Below are positions 1-6,938 of a stretch of DNA of 15,862 bases, one piece after another (position 1 is the first letter of the stretch; each line of letters begins with the position of its first letter). The notes under the pieces are model-generated. The model saw nothing but the letters and a program-made list of their open reading frames with translations. It ran no database searches and was not told where the DNA came from. The position numbers and the translations under genes were made by a program. The stretch is from contig JBKJLC010000009.1 of the NCBI GenBank assembly GCA_046597055.1, forward strand, positions 1 to 15,862, in the 5' to 3' direction. The stretch is from Kofleriaceae bacterium. GTDB taxonomy: Bacteria; Myxococcota_A; Polyangia; Haliangiales; Haliangiaceae.

Positions 1-146
1 CTGGCGATTTCATCACGCCATGTGCGCTCGACGTCGGCAGGATCGGTCGCTCGATCAAGACTCTCCAGCAGGGCCCGCGCGGCGTCCGCACGATCGGGGG
101 CGGGGAACTCGAGGAGCGCCTCGACCAGCTGGGCTCGGGTGGCCAT
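1..146 (-). CDS. Putative addiction-module antitoxin component (TIGR02574 / Unstab_antitox-like), runs off the window edge
   Basis: Manual translation from ATG at 146-144 gives MATRAQLVEALLEFPAPDRADAARALLESLDRATDPADVERTWRDEIA.... This matches the family pattern 'AL.LP..ERA.LA..LLESLD......E.AW..EI.RR'. It is absent from the ORF track because it has no stop inside the window. Confidence 0.8.
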   Translation of the reverse strand, partial: MATRAQLVEALLEFPAPDRADAARALLESLDRATDPADVERTWRDEIA

Positions 147-231
147 ACCGCTAACCGAACAGGAGGTCCTCGGCGACACCGAGGCACTCGACCGCACCAG
201 CCTGGTCGGGGCCCGCCCGGACGCGCTCGAC

Positions 232-1815
232 GTGGTCACCACCGCTGCCGCCACCGCCACCCCGGCGCTGTGGACCTCGCTCGAGTCGACCGCCAGCGCG
301 ATGCGGCTCGCCTTCCGCAGCGCGGACCCGGCCACGGTCGAGATCCTCATCCTCCGGATGGACCGGCTGGTGTGGACGACGGTCGGGACGCTGCCGGCGC
401 GGACCGGCGCCGGCACCACCTCGAAGTTCGTCGACCGGGATCTCGATCTCGAGCAGCGCTACTGTTACCGGGTGCGCGTCCACGGCGCCACCGCCTCGGC
501 GATCACCTTCGAGACCTGCGGGACGACCACGCCGTTCTTCGTGACCGAGCCGGAGATCGACGACGTCGCGCCCGCGATCGTGACCATCACCCATCCCGAG
601 CCGGGCACGCTGGTGGTGGCGTGGCTCGACCTGCGCGTGGGTGAGCGCGAATGGTCGGTGTCGCTGTTCGACGGCCTGGCGGCCAGCCCGCTGCACACCC
701 GGCGCGTGACCGACAGCCGACCCGAGCCGTCGATCCGCCAGGCGAGCCGCTGGCAGGACCTCGATCCGGCGAAGCTGTACTGCTTCCAGGTCACCCGCCG
801 CGGGCGCGGGTCGAACCGCCTGTGCGCGTCACCGGTGGCGGCGCGCACAGGCGCGGATCAGCGGGATCCGCGGCCCGAGGTGACGCCCAGCATCGGCCCG
901 ATCACCGCCGAGAACGGCGCGCTGCGCCTGGCCATCACGAACCCGCAGCCCGGTCAGGTGCTCGAGCAGGTGACCGCCAGCACCCTGGTCCGCCGCACGC
1001 TCGCGGTCGACGCCAGCGGCGCCAGCACGCTGACGAGCGCGGACCTGACCCCCGGCCAGACCTACTGCTACCGCCTGCTGGCCCGCACGCTGTGGGGCTC
1101 GCGGTACTCCGACCTGCAGTGCGCGACCACCACGACCGCGCTGCCCGGGCGGCCGAGCAACCTGCGCGTCACCGACCTGACCGCGACCCGGGTCGCGCTC
1201 GACTGGGACAGCGCCTCGAACGCCGACAGCTACGAGGTCGCGTACGCTGGCCGACGGACGTCGTATCAGGACGACGACGGTGCCCTGGGCTCGACCTCGT
1301 CGAGCATCACCTTCACCGCCAGCAGCGATGGCTTCGGTGGCTACGAGGGCTACTCGTATTGCTTCAAGGTCCGCGCCAAGAACCAGTTCGGCGTGTCCGG
1401 CTGGACCAGCGAGCTGTGTGATGTCCGGTTCGCGGACGACGGCCTCACCTGGTACCCCACGTTCCTGACCTTCGATCCGCCGCCGACGGGCGAGACCCAG
1501 GTGGTGTACACCCGCCTGGTCAGCCCGGGCGGCAGCCCGGCGGCGCGGCTGGTGTCGGTCGCGGTCGCCGGCAACGGAGCCATCCCGTTCACGGTGCGGT
1601 TCCTCCCGCCGGGGTCGACCCGCGCGGACTGCATCGACGTGACCAGGGGCGTGTCGATCGCGCAGGGTGGCACCCTGACCGGCGGGGCGCTCGCCACGCT
1701 CTATGGCGCGGCCGAGCCGGCGCCGCCGCTCATGCTGATCGCGTGCAAGGACTGGCCGCCCGGCGATCAGGGCACGCTCAACGACATCCTGATCGAGGTC
1801 ACCTACCGCCGGTAG
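232..1815 (+). CDS. Fibronectin type III repeat protein (about 4 FN3-like domains plus a C-terminal beta-rich domain); start uncertain, possibly 5'-truncated
   Basis: Four FN3 strand E-F signatures: DLDLEQRYCYRVRV, DLDPAKLYCFQVT, DLTPGQTYCYRLLA and EGYSYCFKVRAKN. It also has a canonical FN3 start, PGRPSNLRVTDLTATRVALDWD. The track start at 22 overlaps the antisense antitoxin gene. The first starts clear of it are GTG 232 and ATG 301. Confidence 0.8.
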   Translation: MVTTAAATATPALWTSLESTASAMRLAFRSADPATVEILILRMDRLVWTTVGTLPARTGAGTTSKFVDRDLDLEQRYCYRVRVHGATASAITFETCGTTTPFFVTEPEIDDVAPAIVTITHPEPGTLVVAWLDLRVGEREWSVSLFDGLAASPLHTRRVTDSRPEPSIRQASRWQDLDPAKLYCFQVTRRGRGSNRLCASPVAARTGADQRDPRPEVTPSIGPITAENGALRLAITNPQPGQVLEQVTASTLVRRTLAVDASGASTLTSADLTPGQTYCYRLLARTLWGSRYSDLQCATTTTALPGRPSNLRVTDLTATRVALDWDSASNADSYEVAYAGRRTSYQDDDGALGSTSSSITFTASSDGFGGYEGYSYCFKVRAKNQFGVSGWTSELCDVRFADDGLTWYPTFLTFDPPPTGETQVVYTRLVSPGGSPAARLVSVAVAGNGAIPFTVRFLPPGSTRADCIDVTRGVSIAQGGTLTGGALATLYGAAEPAPPLMLIACKDWPPGDQGTLNDILIEVTYRR

Positions 1816-1844
1816 CCCCGGCGCCGGATCGCAGCGAACGACGA

Positions 1845-1860
1845 GCCTCGGATGCGAGGC
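1845..1860. terminator. Short GC hairpin between convergent genes (possible terminator or 3' stabiliser)
   Basis: GCCTCG-GATG-CGAGGC is a 6-bp perfect stem in the 72-nt gap between convergent stops at 1815 and 1888. There is no U-tract. Confidence 0.25.
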
Positions 1861-1887
1861 GGCGGTAGATGAGGCCCGCGGCCGCGG

Positions 1888-2421
1888 CTACCGGGCGGTG
1901 GCCCAGCCGTCGCCGGTCCAGTGATACGTCTCGGTGTACTGCTCGTCATCGGCGGGCGCGCGCTGCAGGGTCACCTTGCGGTCTTCGAAGGTGAACTTCT
2001 CGTCCCACTTGTCGTCGCGATCGAGGTCGACCTTGGCGCGGTTGACCTTCCGCATGCCGACGTCCTGGTAGACGTTGACCTTCCAGCTGCGGCCCTTGCT
2101 GGCGTCCTTCAGCTTGTCGCCGCTGATCTTCTGGTCGCGCCAGGCGATGACCTCGCGGTCGTAGGCGCGGGCGGGCAGGTCGGCGCCCGACTCGCCGATC
2201 GGGTTGGCCACCGGGGCGCTGCCGCCGGGCGTCGGCGTCGGCGCGGACGGGATCACCGGCGCCGGGCGCACGTCGGTGGTGTCGCGGGCGGGCGCGGTGG
2301 CGACTGGATCGCCGCCGTCGCGGTCCTTCCCGCACGCCTGGTAGAGCCCGAAGCCGGCGAGCCCGGCGCTGGCGAACGCGAGCACGAGGAACATCCGCAA
2401 CCGCATCCGCCCTGCCATCAT
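1888..2421 (-). CDS. Membrane-anchored or exported hypothetical protein (177 aa), last gene of the radical SAM operon
   Basis: ATG 2421 overlaps the upstream TGA (TGATG), with a strong SD GAGGAGGTG at 2435-2427. The protein has a basic N-terminus plus hydrophobic helix (MRLRMFLVLAFASAGLAGFGLYQAC), a Pro/Thr linker, then a charged beta-rich domain containing DLDRDDKWDE. Confidence 0.8.
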   Translation of the reverse strand: MMAGRMRLRMFLVLAFASAGLAGFGLYQACGKDRDGGDPVATAPARDTTDVRPAPVIPSAPTPTPGGSAPVANPIGESGADLPARAYDREVIAWRDQKISGDKLKDASKGRSWKVNVYQDVGMRKVNRAKVDLDRDDKWDEKFTFEDRKVTLQRAPADDEQYTETYHWTGDGWATAR

Positions 2422-3275
2422 CAGCGCACCTCCTCGGCCCGGGGGCCGACCTCGACCATGCCGCGCTGCTGCGGCACGGTGCAGTTGCAGTAATCGTACT
2501 GGCACGGGGTCGCCGCGGCCATGAGCCGGAAGCTGCCGTCGAGCAGGTTGCCGAGCGGCTGGCGGCGGTGACGGCGCGCCGGATAGCAACGAAAGGCGTC
2601 GCCGCGGTGATCGACGATGAAGTAGCGGGCCCCGGCCCAGCACGGCCGGCCGGCGAACGACGGCGCGATCGACCCGGTGCCGTTGTGGCCGCCGAGCTGG
2701 ACCAGCTGGTCGCGCTCGTCCTCGTCGTAGTCGATCACGTCGCGGTCCGCCTTCTCGGGCTGGATCTTCAGGTCGACCCCGGCCGCCGCGTAGCTCGCGC
2801 GCAGCGCGGTCAGGCGCGGCAGGTTGGCCCGGGTCGCCACGCAGGTGACCACCACGCGGCCGGCGTGGCGCGCCTGGAGCGCGCGGACCTTGGCCAGCAG
2901 GGCCTCGGGCGTGACGTACTCGAGGTGGAGCGAGGCCGAGATCACGCCGGGTCGCGCGCGGGTGAGCTCGGCGAACCTGGCCAGCTCGTCGGCGGGCGCC
3001 GACAGGTTGGTGACCACGCTGACCCGACGGCCGCCGGCGGCCAGCGCGCCGACCGCATCGAGGAAGTCGGGGTGACGGAACGGCTCGCCGCCCGACAGCT
3101 TGATCTCCCAGTCACCGGGCAGCGCCAGGAAGCCGGCGATGAAGCGCGGCAGATCGCGCGCCCACTGCCCGCGATCCTCGACGAAGCGCTGCGTGCAGTA
3201 GCTGCACCGGTAGTTGCACGTGGTGTTCATGTTCCACGACGCGACGCCCTCGAGCGGGTAGCGCGGCGGGTTCAC
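2421..3275 (-). CDS. Radical SAM protein with C-terminal Cys-rich (Twitch/SPASM-like) domain, 284 aa; paralog of 3272-4138
   Basis: CNYRCSYC (Cx3Cx2C, 3218-3195), KLSGGEPF, VVTN, and a tail CWAG...GDAFRC...LGNL...CQYDYCNC. GTG start 3275 overlaps the upstream TGA (GTGA). Confidence 0.92.
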   Translation of the reverse strand: MNPPRYPLEGVASWNMNTTCNYRCSYCTQRFVEDRGQWARDLPRFIAGFLALPGDWEIKLSGGEPFRHPDFLDAVGALAAGGRRVSVVTNLSAPADELARFAELTRARPGVISASLHLEYVTPEALLAKVRALQARHAGRVVVTCVATRANLPRLTALRASYAAAGVDLKIQPEKADRDVIDYDEDERDQLVQLGGHNGTGSIAPSFAGRPCWAGARYFIVDHRGDAFRCYPARRHRRQPLGNLLDGSFRLMAAATPCQYDYCNCTVPQQRGMVEVGPRAEEVR

Positions 3276-4138
3276 TCGTCCAGCTCCGCGCCGCCGGCGA
3301 CGCCCTCGATCATGCCGCGGTTGGCGGGCACCGTGCACGGACAGATGTCGTAGCTGCACGGCAAGGGCGCGGTCGCGCGCGCGATCGCGCCGTCGAAGAC
3401 GTTGCCGAGCCGGCCGTGGCCGTGGCGCTTGGCGGTCCGGCACGACCAGACCTCGCCGTCCTTGTCGACCACCGCGTAGTCGACGCCGGCCCAGCAGGTG
3501 CGCCCGCGGTAGCTCGGCGCCACGTTGGCCTCGCGCGCGGTCGGGCGCCGGCCGATCAGCGGGATCAGCGCGTCGGGTGCCGGATAGTCGGCGACCCCGC
3601 CGCCGGTCTTGTAGAGCTGCGGGAACCAGCGCAGCCCGCGCGCCTCGATCGCGGCCTTGCCGCGGGCGGCGTCGGCCTCGCGGCCGGGCAGCACCACCTG
3701 GTTGACGACGAACGCGGTGGCCGGGTCGAGCTGGAGCGCGAGCCACTCGGCCTTGGCCGCGAACTCGTCGACAGCGACGTGCTCGAGGTGGAGCGAGGCG
3801 GAGAACACCGCGAGCCGACCGCGGGTGGCGTGGACGAAGCCCATCAGCTCGGCGCGGGTGGCCGAGAAGTTGGTGAGCACGCTGATCCGGTGCCGCGTGC
3901 GCGCCATCAGTCCGGGCACGACCAGGTCGAGGAACAGCGGGTGTGCGAACGCCTCGCCGCCCGAGCACTTGATCTCCCAGACCCCGGGCAGGCTGGCGAA
4001 GGTGGTCAGCGCCCGGTCGAGCTGGTCGCGGTGGGGGCGGCCGCGCCGGTAGCGCGCCGACTGGATGCAGTACGAGCAGTCGTAGTTGCAGGCGCCCGCG
4101 ACCTGCCACTCGATCGTCGGCGTGCGCGCGGTGGCCAT
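3272..4138 (-). CDS. Radical SAM protein with C-terminal Cys-rich (Twitch/SPASM-like) domain, 288 aa; paralog of 2421-3275
   Basis: CNYDCSYC (4090-4067), KCSGGEAF, VLTN, and a tail CWAG...GEVWSC...LGNV...CSYDICPC. The start (ATG 4138 or GTG 4141) overlaps the upstream TGA. Confidence 0.92.
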   Translation of the reverse strand: MATARTPTIEWQVAGACNYDCSYCIQSARYRRGRPHRDQLDRALTTFASLPGVWEIKCSGGEAFAHPLFLDLVVPGLMARTRHRISVLTNFSATRAELMGFVHATRGRLAVFSASLHLEHVAVDEFAAKAEWLALQLDPATAFVVNQVVLPGREADAARGKAAIEARGLRWFPQLYKTGGGVADYPAPDALIPLIGRRPTAREANVAPSYRGRTCWAGVDYAVVDKDGEVWSCRTAKRHGHGRLGNVFDGAIARATAPLPCSYDICPCTVPANRGMIEGVAGGAELDE

Positions 4139-5307
4139 CACCGCTCCATCGCCGCGAGATCGGCGTCGTCGACGTCGGCCGCGCCGGGGCCGCCGCGACC
4201 GTCGACCACCGCGAGCCGCACCCGCGCGCCGCCGCCGATCACGGCACGCCACGCGAGGTCGCCGTAGCGCTCGCGGAAGCGCGCGCTCCACGCGGCGTTC
4301 TGCTCGAGCTTGCCGCAGCGGTGACAGCCAGGGAACCAGTCGCCGCGACGCAGGCGCGTGCGCAGCTGGTGCCACGCGTCGCCCTGCCACAGCGCCGCGA
4401 AGGTGGTGCCGTGCAGCGAGCCGACCCGGACCTCGGTGTTGCAGCAGTAGAGGACGTCATGATCCACCGTGATCCGGGTGTAGACATGGCCCATGAAGCA
4501 GCCGATCTCGCCGATCGGCACGGTGGCGCGCAGGTCGCCCCGGGCGGCGCCGACCTGACGCTCGAACAGGTCGAGGTTGGTCGCGACCCCGAGCTCGGCG
4601 GCGACCGCGCGCGCCCGCGGGATCGCCGCGGCGAGCAGCTGGTCGCGCTGCTCGGGGGTGATGCTGCACTGCTCGGTGCCGCGGGCCAGGCTGGCCAGCT
4701 TGAAGTTGATGCGCGCCGCGTGAAACGTGCGTCCGAACCGGACCATCGCCTCGAGCTCGTGGGCGTTGTCGCGCTGGATCACGTGGACGTGGCGGACCGC
4801 GGTGCCGGTGCCGTGCAGGCGGCGCAGCCCCTTGCACATCGTGAAGAACTCGCGCTCGTCCCAGCCCGGGTGAAAGGCGGCGTAGGTGTCGGGGGTCGCG
4901 CCGTGGATGCCGACCAGCAGGTCGTCGACGCCGGCGACCGCCAGCCGGTCGAGGTCGGCGGCGATCAGGTTCGACAGCACGGTCAGCCGCCAGCCCTGGG
5001 CCTTGACCCGCGCCATCATCGTGTACGCGTCGGGGTGGACCAGCGGGTCGCCCATGCCCGACAGCACGAACCCGCGCACCGAGCCCATCGCGGCCAGCTC
5101 GTCGACCAGCCGCTCGAAGTCGGCCAGCGCGAACGAGCGGCGCTTCCAGCTCACCGGCCGCGGCTCGTCGAGCAGCGGCGAGTGATCCCAGCAGGTCACG
5201 CACGCCGCGTTGCACGCGTTGGTGATGTCGACGTGCACGGTCTCGGGCCCGGCCCCGGGCGCGCCGGTGCGGATCGCCTCGAGCCGGGCGTCGCGGTCGC
5301 CGCTCAC
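4138..5307 (-). CDS. Radical SAM / SPASM-Twitch domain protein, 389 aa
   Basis: DITNACNAACVTCWDHSP (Cx3Cx2C at 5214-5191), SGMGDPLVHP (GGEP-motif variant), VLSN, and C-terminal CFMG...DVLYCC...VGSL...FAALW...CHRC. GTG start 5307 overlaps the upstream TGA. Confidence 0.92.
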   Translation of the reverse strand: MSGDRDARLEAIRTGAPGAGPETVHVDITNACNAACVTCWDHSPLLDEPRPVSWKRRSFALADFERLVDELAAMGSVRGFVLSGMGDPLVHPDAYTMMARVKAQGWRLTVLSNLIAADLDRLAVAGVDDLLVGIHGATPDTYAAFHPGWDEREFFTMCKGLRRLHGTGTAVRHVHVIQRDNAHELEAMVRFGRTFHAARINFKLASLARGTEQCSITPEQRDQLLAAAIPRARAVAAELGVATNLDLFERQVGAARGDLRATVPIGEIGCFMGHVYTRITVDHDVLYCCNTEVRVGSLHGTTFAALWQGDAWHQLRTRLRRGDWFPGCHRCGKLEQNAAWSARFRERYGDLAWRAVIGGGARVRLAVVDGRGGPGAADVDDADLAAMER

Positions 5308-6938
5308 GCGTCGGCCTCGGGCCGCACGGAGGGCGCATCCCGCGCGCCGCGCCCGGCCAGGATCTCGGCCAGCCCGCGGCGCCCGGCGCCCTCGAGCCGG
5401 GCCAGATCGCGGGCGGCATCGAACAGATCGTCCTCGGCCGCGAGCCAGCTGGTGAGATCGGCCGTGAACGCCGGCAGCGGATAGCCGCGCTGCACCGGGA
5501 CCGCCCGCAGCAGCGAGACCGCGCCCATCCAGTCGCGGTAGCGGGCAAAGCCGGCGAGCAGCGCCGCGACCCCGGCGCCGAGCTCGTCGGCGGTGGCGGC
5601 CGGGAACGCGCGGCGGATCAGCGCCACGATCGTCGCGGCCTCGTCCCACGGCGCGCCGGTGGCGCGGATCGCGTCGGTCAGGCGCAGGACCCGCGCGGCC
5701 GGATCCCCGGCGGGCGCCGTGGCCGTGGCCCCGGTCAACTCGGCCAGCAGCGCGGCGTGGGCGGCGGCCTCGCCAGGCGCGTCGCCGGCGACCGCGCGGA
5801 TGACCTCCCACGTCCGGCGGTCGGACGGGGCCAGCCCGACCGTGCCGAGCCCGGCGAGCGCCGCGACCAGCTCGGGCGACAGCACGCGCGCCGCGTAGGC
5901 GACATCGGCCGGGCGCAGCACCCGCGCCAGGATCGCGGCGGCCGCCTCGCGCGCGCCGTTGCGCGGCACCAGCGATGCGGCGATCGCGCCGTCACCGGGC
6001 GCCTCGAGCAGGTCGGGCACGTCCTCGAGGCGCGCCGCGACCCGGCCGGCACCGGCGCGCGCCATCGCCTCGGCCCGCGCCCGCTGATCGTCGGCCAGCC
6101 GCGGCTGGGGCAGGAACACGGTCGGGATGCCGGCGTACATCAGCTCGGTCACGCCGTTGTAGCCGCCGGCCGACACCGCGGCGTCGACCCCCGGCAGCAG
6201 CTCGAGCGGGACGTAGCGGTCCATCCACGTGATGCCGGGGCCGCGTCGCTCCGGGCCCTGGTAGAGCGGGCCGGCGCCGACCACCACGTGCCAGCCGCGC
6301 GGGACCAGCGCGTCGACCAGCCACGGCAGCGCGTGGGGCGCGGCGTCGTCGCCCCCGCCGCCGAGCGAGACGTAGACCGCCCGGGCGCCGGTCGGGATGC
6401 CGAGCGCGGCCCGGGCCGCGGCCCGCGCCAGCAGCTCCTCGCGCTCGCGCAGCAGGATCGGCCCGACCCCGCGCTCGTCGGGGATCACCACCGCGCCGTA
6501 CAGCGGCAGGAGCGCGCGGTAGGCGTCGTCGCCCGCGATCTCGTCCTTCACCGCCCGCGCGACCAGCACCCGCTGCGGCACCATCTCGAGCACCGCCAGC
6601 AGCTCGCCGAAGCTGCCGCCCGGGAAGGTGTCGACCACCAGGACGTCGGGCGCCAGGCCGGCGATCGCGTTGACCACCCAGCCGCGCGCCACCGTGAGAT
6701 AGCGCGCCGGCTCCATGCCGGCGTCGCGCAGCATCGCCTTCGACGGCATCTTGAGCGCGGGCACGCCCTCGCGCCGGGCCAGGGTGTCGGCCTCCGACGA
6801 GGTGAGCACCCAGCACTCCGCGCGCACGCCCAGCAGCGCGGTCAGGCGCCGCACCCAGCGCAAGATCGCGAGCTGGCGCACCAGGTGACCGACCCCGCGC
6901 CCGTTGATCGCGTACGACAGCACGCGCACCGTCTTCAC
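5304..6938 (-). CDS. GT-B fold glycosyltransferase (MurG/GT28 C-terminal-like) with about 200-aa C-terminal helical extension, 544 aa
   Basis: N-terminal YAINGRGVGHLVR (GxGxGH acceptor loop), DVLVVDTFPGG, VYVSLGGGG, DAAVSAGGYNGVTE (nucleotide-sugar binding), PTVFLPQPRLADDQRARA. GTG start 6938 overlaps the upstream TGA. Confidence 0.88.
   Translation of the reverse strand: MKTVRVLSYAINGRGVGHLVRQLAILRWVRRLTALLGVRAECWVLTSSEADTLARREGVPALKMPSKAMLRDAGMEPARYLTVARGWVVNAIAGLAPDVLVVDTFPGGSFGELLAVLEMVPQRVLVARAVKDEIAGDDAYRALLPLYGAVVIPDERGVGPILLREREELLARAAARAALGIPTGARAVYVSLGGGGDDAAPHALPWLVDALVPRGWHVVVGAGPLYQGPERRGPGITWMDRYVPLELLPGVDAAVSAGGYNGVTELMYAGIPTVFLPQPRLADDQRARAEAMARAGAGRVAARLEDVPDLLEAPGDGAIAASLVPRNGAREAAAAILARVLRPADVAYAARVLSPELVAALAGLGTVGLAPSDRRTWEVIRAVAGDAPGEAAAHAALLAELTGATATAPAGDPAARVLRLTDAIRATGAPWDEAATIVALIRRAFPAATADELGAGVAALLAGFARYRDWMGAVSLLRAVPVQRGYPLPAFTADLTSWLAAEDDLFDAARDLARLEGAGRRGLAEILAGRGARDAPSVRPEADA

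Noticed and set aside
22..231. ORF-track N-terminus of the FN3 protein starting at GTG 22
   Set aside because: The first 40 or so residues (Ser/Arg/Ala-rich) are the antisense shadow of the antitoxin gene. AGGAGG at 161-166 looks like an SD but has no start codon at a usable distance.
2421..4138. Calling the rSAM pair prokaryotic viperins or MoaA
   Set aside because: The similarity is limited to generic rSAM motifs. The five-Cys tail is not viperin-like, and MoaA's Cx2Cx13C motif and C-terminal GG are absent.
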